A stretch of DNA of 64,000 nt from Tepidisphaera sp. (GTDB lineage Bacteria > Planctomycetota > Phycisphaerae > Phycisphaerales > UBA1924), in the NCBI GenBank assembly GCA_050916045.1, contig CP051526.1, forward strand, positions 2,176,001-2,240,000, written 5' to 3'. Each line of letters opens with the position of its first letter. The stretch's first letter is position 1. Both the position numbers and the translations under genes were made by a program. Positions 57,743 through 64,000 of this stretch are shown piece by piece. Below the pieces are notes generated by a model that searched no databases, had not been told where the DNA came from, and was given only the letters and a program-made list of their open reading frames with translations.

Positions 57743-58788
57743 TTCGTGATCGGCTCCGCGAAGGTCGACACCGAGAACCGCACCGGCAGAGCTTTGCTCT
57801 GCTGCGGAATCATCTCAATCCCCACGCTCATCAGCCGCGACTCTGACGATGTCGTCGTCGAAGGTCGCCACTGCCGGCCGTTGACGAGAACGGGCGCACC
57901 GCCGTCCGTGTACGTCGTCCAGGATCCATCCTTCCCCACCGTCGCGTGAAGCGTGCCCATCGCCACACCCGACGAGTTGTACTGCACATTCACGTCCCCA
58001 ATCGTGACCGTCGCGTCGATCACGATCGACACCTGCGTTCCGGCAGGAAGGTCCGGCGCCGACGAAAAAGTGAACGTGATCGGCATCGCGCTTCGAAGCA
58101 CGTTCAGTCCCACCGACCCGCTCGTCGCAAGCGGTGTCTGGCTCGCCAGATTCGTCACCCGTCCCGAGTACAACCGGGCCCGAAGCGTCGACACTGTCAC
58201 CGCCGAGACGTTCGCCAGCACCCGGCACGACGTCACCCTCCACGAAGTCGCATCCGCGTCGAGCACCGGCGTAAACGTTACCGCCACCGCGCCGCCCGCC
58301 AGGCTCTGCGTGGCGTTGCCCGCGCCCGGGTATCGCAGGATGGCTTCCTCAGCTCCCAGAGCCGAAGCACCCGGTCCCGACTTCGTCACCGACCTCCACA
58401 CCGCTTCGGCCGAGAACGACGACAACGCCGGCCCCACAGCGATCTCCGTTCCATCGTTCATCGACCGCATCAGCGGCTCACCGGGACCGTCCCACGAGTA
58501 GTGGATCTCCTCCTCCGATCCGTCGTTGTCACGGTCCGCCACGGTGAACTCAAGGTCCGTCGCCGAAATCGAAGACACCGACACCGCCGCCGCAAGGTCG
58601 TCGCCCAGCCACGCCGCCGCGTCCTGAACGCCCGCGGCCAGCGCCGACACGTCCTCCTCCGGCCTCGGCATCGCCCGCAGGCTCATCGACATCACCGAGC
58701 CCAGCGCAACCAGCAGAATCCCCGCGATCGACAGCGCCGTCACCGACTCGATCAGCGTGAACCCGCGTTGCACATGGTCACGGGCCAT
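57739..58788 (-). CDS. Prepilin-type minor pilin (PilW/GspJ-like)
   Basis: QRGFTLIESV. Confidence 0.8.
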   Translation of the reverse strand: MARDHVQRGFTLIESVTALSIAGILLVALGSVMSMSLRAMPRPEEDVSALAAGVQDAAAWLGDDLAAAVSVSSISATDLEFTVADRDNDGSEEEIHYSWDGPGEPLMRSMNDGTEIAVGPALSSFSAEAVWRSVTKSGPGASALGAEEAILRYPGAGNATQSLAGGAVAVTFTPVLDADATSWRVTSCRVLANVSAVTVSTLRARLYSGRVTNLASQTPLATSGSVGLNVLRSAMPITFTFSSAPDLPAGTQVSIVIDATVTIGDVNVQYNSSGVAMGTLHATVGKDGSWTTYTDGGAPVLVNGRQWRPSTTTSSESRLMSVGIEMIPQQSKALPVRFSVSTFAEPITK

Positions 58789-59259
58789 TCAGTCCTCTCC
58801 CAGCGTGGCCAGCCGAACATCCTCGAGCACCGCCACGCCGTCCGTCAGCGTCAGCGTGTAGTCCTGCCGGTAGTCGCCCGCCCCGAGGGTCAGCTTCAGC
58901 TTCACGTCGTTCTTCCCGTACCCATCGAACGCAACGTCCCCGTCCGTCCCCGCTGTCAACGACCGAACCGTCACGCCGTACGGAGCATCCTCAAGCACCG
59001 TCTGCCCGCCCGCCACCGTCTGGCCGCCGGCCGAGACCGACCACCGGTACCCCGCGCGTGCAAACTGCACCCGCGCCGTTCCGCTCGAGACGCGGGCCCG
59101 CTCGCGGATCATCGCGATGTCCGCCGCGACCCGATCCCCGGCTCCGGCGAGCCGCCGACGGTCCGAAGCCCCCGCGAACCGTGGCATAGCGATCGCCGCG
59201 ACGATCCCGATCGTCGCCAGCACGAACACCATCTCCAGTAGCGTGAACCCTCGACGCAC
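58789..59259 (-). CDS. Prepilin-type minor pilin (FimT/GspH-like)
   Basis: RRGFTLLEMVFVLATIGIVAAIAMP, VAFDGYG. GTG start after GGAGG. Confidence 0.82.
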   Translation of the reverse strand: MRRGFTLLEMVFVLATIGIVAAIAMPRFAGASDRRRLAGAGDRVAADIAMIRERARVSSGTARVQFARAGYRWSVSAGGQTVAGGQTVLEDAPYGVTVRSLTAGTDGDVAFDGYGKNDVKLKLTLGAGDYRQDYTLTLTDGVAVLEDVRLATLGED

Positions 59260-59379
59260 CTTCGCCTCCCGAAACGCACACCGCCCGCTCCAGATGCTCT
59301 CGCACCAGGCGCGGGCGGCTGAGCATCGCTCAGAGAAGCGGCCCGGGGGAATCACGGGCGGCTTCATGCTCGTGGTTGT

Positions 59380-59850
59380 TTAGTACGCGGAGTACAGCTT
59401 GCCCGAAGCGTCGGCTTCGGCGACGTCCACGCCGGCCTTCACTTCACCCGTCGAAGCCGTGTAGATCCAGCCCACGTTGGCCGCGAACGCCGCCGCGACC
59501 GTCGTGCTGCCCTTGTTGCCGCCGACCGGAAGCGCCGGGATCGAGCGCACATACGGGCCGTAGATGAACGCGCCCGTCTGGGTCGCGGACGCCGTGCCCG
59601 CCAGGTTCGTGTACGTGGTCAGCTGATCGACGAAGTTCGCCAGCGTCGGACGCGTGCCCTGGTGCTCCTGCGTGTACATCTCGACGCCGTTGCGCAGAAT
59701 CGCGAGGTTGGCAGTGAGGGCCGAGTCCGCCGCACCGGCCGAGCCGCGGCTCATCCGCGGGATCGCGATCGCCCCGATGATGCCGATGATGACGATGACG
59801 ATGACCAGCTCAATCAGGCTGAAGCCGCGGCGAATCGTGTGAGAGTTCAT
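59380..59850 (-). CDS. Major (pseudo)pilin, GspG-like
   Basis: RRGFSLIELVIVIVIIGIIGAIAIP, LRNGVEMY, YGPYVRSIP. Confidence 0.88.
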   Translation of the reverse strand: MNSHTIRRGFSLIELVIVIVIIGIIGAIAIPRMSRGSAGAADSALTANLAILRNGVEMYTQEHQGTRPTLANFVDQLTTYTNLAGTASATQTGAFIYGPYVRSIPALPVGGNKGSTTVAAAFAANVGWIYTASTGEVKAGVDVAEADASGKLYSAY

Positions 59851-60038
59851 GGGTCCTGTCTCCGCTCTGGGAATGAATTCGGGAGGAGTACGACCCTCCG
59901 CTGTTCATCTCCATCGTCGATCCGAAGACCTCGCTTTGATTTTGCGCCGGGATTCGAGCACGTCCACACGTAGTTACCACGGGGTGCGAGCCCCGACATC
60001 CCCTCCCTGAGGGATGGCTTGCTCGCGTTCTCGGACAC

Positions 60039-60557
60039 TCACTCGCGCAGGAACCCGGGCAGCGGCAGACGAGCCTCCACGCCCGCTTCGTCCGCGAACA
60101 CCGCTTCGCCCGTCTCGACCGACACGGCCGTGAGCATCATGCCGTCGATGATCTCGCCCACCTTGACGAAGTTCCCGTCGATGCTCACGCCGTTGGTCTG
60201 CCCGCGGCTGAACCCCGACACGCGGTGACGCTTGATCCACGGTTTGCCCTGCTCGGTCGCGACTTTCGCGGGCTCCTCCGCTTTGACCACAAGCCACGCC
60301 GGAACCGCTCCGAGGTCTCCGCGCGGAGCCGTCAACGCCAGGGCGAACCCCGCCAGCCTGCCCGCCGCCGTGTCGGAAGCCGCGCCGATGATCGCGACCC
60401 CGCCACGCTCGGAAGCAGGGACCGAAAGCGTGTCGGGGATCATCTCGGCCTTGGCCTCTTTGGGCCCGCCGAGAAAGACCCGGTCCGCGACCAGACCGAT
60501 CGCGGCGACACCCAGAACCAAGACATAGGCCTTGCGAGAGACTTTCGGCATGCGCAC
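60039..60557 (-). CDS. PilP/GspC-like bitopic protein
   Basis: N-terminal TM and C-terminal VSIDGNFVKVGEIIDGMMLTAV. Located after the PilO-like gene. Confidence 0.6.
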   Translation of the reverse strand: MRMPKVSRKAYVLVLGVAAIGLVADRVFLGGPKEAKAEMIPDTLSVPASERGGVAIIGAASDTAAGRLAGFALALTAPRGDLGAVPAWLVVKAEEPAKVATEQGKPWIKRHRVSGFSRGQTNGVSIDGNFVKVGEIIDGMMLTAVSVETGEAVFADEAGVEARLPLPGFLRE

Positions 60558-60599
60558 AACAGACGATTCATCGCCGCCCGCGTCAAGGTCCCCCGCGAC

Positions 60600-61202
60600 T
60601 TATTTCTTCCCGGCGGCCTCGCCGACCGCATACCACTCAAAGTCCACCGAAACCAGAGCTTCGGCACGCGCGGGCTTCCCCGCCGCTTCCGTTTGCTCCG
60701 CCGCGTCCGCGGGGTTCGCGCGGATCGTCACGCCCACCACGGCAAGGTCCGGATACGCCGCGTGGAGGTCCCGAAGCAGCGCCGGCCCCGCCGAAGCGGG
60801 CCCCACACCGCGGAGCTTGATCGGGAAGTGCACGTGCGATGCTTCCGTCGACTCGTTGCCCGGAACCAGTTCCAGAATTCGAAGCCCGAGCTTCTCCGCC
60901 ACCGCCGAAACCACCGCCACCCGCTCGTTGAGCTTGGAAGCCGGCAGCAGCTCAATCTTCTGCTGGGCCGCCTCCGCGGTGAGCTTCTCCGCCAGAGTCT
61001 GCGCGTTCTTCGCACGCGTCATGCTGATCTCCGCTTCCGCGCGAACCTCGGCCAGCTCGCGCCGTGCCTCGGCCGCTCGCGCCCCCGCTTCAAGCCTCGG
61101 ACGCACCACCACTCCGTACACCGCGCCGATCAACGCCACCACCAGCCCCGCGCCGATCGCATGCAGCCGCCAGTGCTTCACCGTCATATCACGGGTGTTC
61201 AT
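60600..61202 (-). CDS. PilO/GspM-like protein
   Basis: TM, coiled coil, AEKLGLRILELVPG...PIKLRGVG. Operon position. Confidence 0.65.
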   Translation of the reverse strand: MNTRDMTVKHWRLHAIGAGLVVALIGAVYGVVVRPRLEAGARAAEARRELAEVRAEAEISMTRAKNAQTLAEKLTAEAAQQKIELLPASKLNERVAVVSAVAEKLGLRILELVPGNESTEASHVHFPIKLRGVGPASAGPALLRDLHAAYPDLAVVGVTIRANPADAAEQTEAAGKPARAEALVSVDFEWYAVGEAAGKK

Positions 61203-61822
61203 CGGCTCCCCTCTTCGATCACGCCCTCGATCTTGAACCCCACCGCGTCAACCTTCCCGATCGAACGCGCCTTGGACTCAATCAGCTTCACGCGGTTGAA
61301 AAGCCCCCACTGCTCGATCACCGACACCACCTGGCCCACCGTCGATTGCTTGGGCGCGAGCCCCGAGACTGCAACGACCCACTTCCGCCGCACGGGCTGC
61401 TTCGGGACTGGAGCCCCGGGCACGCTCGAAGCCGGCGGCGCCGCGACCGTCACCGTCCCGTTCGAGATCGCGATCTCCTCGATCGCGACCGATGGGCCCG
61501 CCGCTCCGGCGAGACGCTCGATCAGCAGGCCCCAGTCCGGGTGCTCGCCGACCGCTTTCCTCGCTTCAATCGTCTTTGAGGCCGCGGCCGCCTGGCTCCG
61601 CCACGTCCCGGCGCTCTTGTCCGATTCCGCGATCAGCCGCCGATTCTCCTCGATCCCTTCGAGCACGCGCCGCTCTTCCCCGGGCACGCCCGCCACCATC
61701 GCCACACCCGCCGCTGCTGCACCCGCGAGCACCACGCTCAGCACGCAAAGCCAGCGCAGGACCAGCGTCCCCTCCGCCAGACGATCCGCGTGATACACCG
61801 GTAGCAGCCCGCGAGCGATCAT
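61199..61822 (-). CDS. PilN-like protein
   Basis: GLLP before the TM, WGLLIERL, VSGLA...FNRVKL. Overlaps the pilM stop. Confidence 0.7.
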   Translation of the reverse strand: MIARGLLPVYHADRLAEGTLVLRWLCVLSVVLAGAAAAGVAMVAGVPGEERRVLEGIEENRRLIAESDKSAGTWRSQAAAASKTIEARKAVGEHPDWGLLIERLAGAAGPSVAIEEIAISNGTVTVAAPPASSVPGAPVPKQPVRRKWVVAVSGLAPKQSTVGQVVSVIEQWGLFNRVKLIESKARSIGKVDAVGFKIEGVIEEGSR

Positions 61823-62859
61823 GCTCTCCCTCCCGTCGGCTGCCGCACCGACGCTCCCACCACGCCCGCCGGCGCCACCGACATCGCCGCCGCCGCGACC
61901 ACGCACCACGCCGGCACGACCTGAGACTCCACCATCGGAATCTCCGCCTGCGGCGTCGCAAAATCAAGACCCAACGCGTGCCCGGCCGCCTTCACAAGCG
62001 TCTCGTGGCAAGCCCCGCCCCCGACCGCGAGCATCCGCCCCTCCGCCGCTTTCGGATACCGGTGCGACGCGTACTCAAGCGAGACCGCGATCTCATCGCC
62101 GATCCTCGCTCCAAACTGCTTCAGCATCCCCGCGAGTACCGTCGACGACGCGCCGCCGGGCTTCCGCGAAGCCGTGTCCATCGTCCTCGCCACACGCTCC
62201 TCGGACATCCGCATCGCTTTCGCCGCCGACGACACCATCGCCCGCGTTCCAAGCTCGGCCAGTCGACGCTCGTACACGCAGGCTCCGCCCACAAGCACCG
62301 TCAGCGACAACGCCGAAGCCCCGATGTCCGCGATCGCGTCGATCGTCGCGCCTTGGCGGCCGAGCATCGATCCAAAAGCATCAGACCCCGACCCGATCCT
62401 CGCTACCACAAGCCCCGCTTCGTGCAGTGGAATCACCAGCTTGTCCGCATCCGTATGCGACAGCACCGCCGCGCCCAGAGCCACCTCGCCCGACCGTCCC
62501 GACCGCGGCAGGTCCCACGTCTCAAACTCAAACCCGTTCGGCTCCATCCGGCACACACGCGCCAGCTCCATCCTCGCCGCCGCAAGCCTGCCCGCTCCGA
62601 CCGCCGCCGACGGCAGGTCGATCTCCGCCACGCGGGCCACCTCGCCCGACGCCAGTACCGACACCAACGAGCCCGCGAACCCGCGGCGTGTCAGAATCGC
62701 CGAGATCCGCGAAGCCTCATCGAAATCAAGCTCGCCGCTCCCGCGCCGCGGCCACGCCGCTGTGCGAAGACTCCACCGGCCCCCGCTCAGCGGCTTCTCC
62801 CACTGCGCGGCTTTCACCGTCGCGCTCCCGATGTCAAGCCCGATCACCGTTCGGTTCAC
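61819..62859 (-). CDS. pilM: PilM-like actin-fold assembly protein
   Basis: IGLDIGSATVKAAQ, ADIGASAL, LAVGGGA. Confidence 0.8.
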   Translation of the reverse strand: MNRTVIGLDIGSATVKAAQWEKPLSGGRWSLRTAAWPRRGSGELDFDEASRISAILTRRGFAGSLVSVLASGEVARVAEIDLPSAAVGAGRLAAARMELARVCRMEPNGFEFETWDLPRSGRSGEVALGAAVLSHTDADKLVIPLHEAGLVVARIGSGSDAFGSMLGRQGATIDAIADIGASALSLTVLVGGACVYERRLAELGTRAMVSSAAKAMRMSEERVARTMDTASRKPGGASSTVLAGMLKQFGARIGDEIAVSLEYASHRYPKAAEGRMLAVGGGACHETLVKAAGHALGLDFATPQAEIPMVESQVVPAWCVVAAAAMSVAPAGVVGASVRQPTGGRA

Positions 62860-64000
62860 TTGCCACCTCCAGGACCCGTCGCCGACGTCAGATCAAACAG
62901 CGGCAGGAACATGCTCGCCGAAAGCAGCGAGATCACCACGCCCAGCCCGATCAGGATCACGGGCTCCACGATGCCCATCACCGACTTCACGACCACTTCG
63001 TTGTCCTCGTCCATCGCGTCCGCGATGCTCGTCAGCACCGGGCCGATCCGCCCCGTCCGCTCCCCGCTCCGCACGGCTTCGCACACCATCCCGGGCACCA
63101 AGCCGGACGAAGCCATCACCGCGCTCATCGACTCGCCCTTGCTGACGTGATCGCCGGCTTTCTCCAGCATCTCCGCGAAGCACACGTTGCCGCTGCTCTC
63201 ACGGGCCAGTCGGATTGAGTCCAGAAGCACGACCTTGCCCTCGATCAGCACGCCGAGCACGCGAGCCATCTTCGCCGTCGCGAACGCCCGGAACACACCG
63301 CCGATCCCCGGAAGCGTCACGAGCGCCTTGTGCACCGCACGCCGGCCCAGCGGCGAAGCCATCCACGCCCGCGCCCCCAGCACCGCCCCCACGATCGCGC
63401 CGATGATCCAGTACCACTGCGTCTTGAGCACCACCGCGAGGTCAAGCAGCATCTGCGTGCTCGCCGGCACCGGCGCGCCCAGGCTCTTGAACAACCCCTC
63501 AAACCGCGGCAGCACGAAAAACAGCATCCCTCCAACCACACCCGCCGACACCGCCATCAGGAGCATCGGATAGACCAGCGCGCCGATGATCGCCGACCGC
63601 GTCTTCTGCTGCTGACGCACCAGCATCGCGAGCCGCTGAAGCATCTCGGGCAGCTTGCCGCCCGACTCGCCCGCCGCCACAAGGCTGCGGCACACCGCGT
63701 CGAACCGCTGCGGGTGGTACGACATCGCTTCGGAGAACTGTGCACCCTCCTCGATCCGCCGCCGCAGGTCAACGACCGTGTTCCGCCACGCGCCCTCCGG
63801 CGTCTGACGCTCCAGCGCGCAGATCGACTCGACAAGCGTCGTTCCCGTCGACACGAGCACCGAGAGCTGACGCAAGAAGTGAGAAAGCTCCTTCGCGCTC
63901 CCACCGCCTCCGCCGCCCGTCCTGACCGGACCCGCGACGGCGCGATCCTCAGAGATCGACGTCGTGAAGATCCCCTTGCGACGAAGAGCTTCCTGCGCCT
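62856..64000 (-). CDS. T2SS F/PilC platform protein; 5' partial
   Basis: FLRQLSVLVSTG, AAGESGGKL, ALVYP, GERTGRI, IVEPV...MFLPLF. Frame is open to the window end. Confidence 0.92.
   Translation of the reverse strand, partial: AQEALRRKGIFTTSISEDRAVAGPVRTGGGGGGSAKELSHFLRQLSVLVSTGTTLVESICALERQTPEGAWRNTVVDLRRRIEEGAQFSEAMSYHPQRFDAVCRSLVAAGESGGKLPEMLQRLAMLVRQQQKTRSAIIGALVYPMLLMAVSAGVVGGMLFFVLPRFEGLFKSLGAPVPASTQMLLDLAVVLKTQWYWIIGAIVGAVLGARAWMASPLGRRAVHKALVTLPGIGGVFRAFATAKMARVLGVLIEGKVVLLDSIRLARESSGNVCFAEMLEKAGDHVSKGESMSAVMASSGLVPGMVCEAVRSGERTGRIGPVLTSIADAMDEDNEVVVKSVMGIVEPVILIGLGVVISLLSASMFLPLFDLTSATGPGGGK

Overview
High-GC bacterial window, most consistent with a planctomycete (Phycisphaerales-like). 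This is inferred from an ECF sigma/Ser-Thr kinase pair, secreted proteins ending in a 'GC-type dockerin' module and a C-terminal CxxCGYDL...CPECG zinc ribbon. The centre is a ~30.1 kb integrative element (7577-37677) bounded by a perfect 46-bp repeat of the 3' part of tRNA-Ala(TGC). Its backbone is satellite-like: tyrosine integrase, XRE regulator, primase-helicase and two Xis-like HTH genes, with no capsid or conjugation genes. Its cargo is a reduced type II secretion (T2SS) operon (D, E, C-, L-, M-like and a TPR lipoprotein, without F or pseudopilins) facing away from a 2758-aa Sec-signal Rhs toxin and its probable immunity gene, plus a dockerin surface protein and a type III-like R-M pair. 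The att core lies inside the integrase reading frame, so excision would add 66 aa to the integrase. Left flank: large beta-propeller/IPT protein, ECF sigma, Ser/Thr kinase. Right flank: EssC/EccC-like FtsK ATPase with a WXG100-like gene, sugar enzymes, a large Kelch/Ig/dockerin protein, tRNA-Leu(CAA), an MqsR/MqsA/SecB-like toxin-antitoxin-chaperone triad, SRAP, response regulator, HD-GYP and a chromosomal T2SS/type IV pilus-like cluster that runs off the right end. All family calls come from motif recognition by eye; no searches were run.
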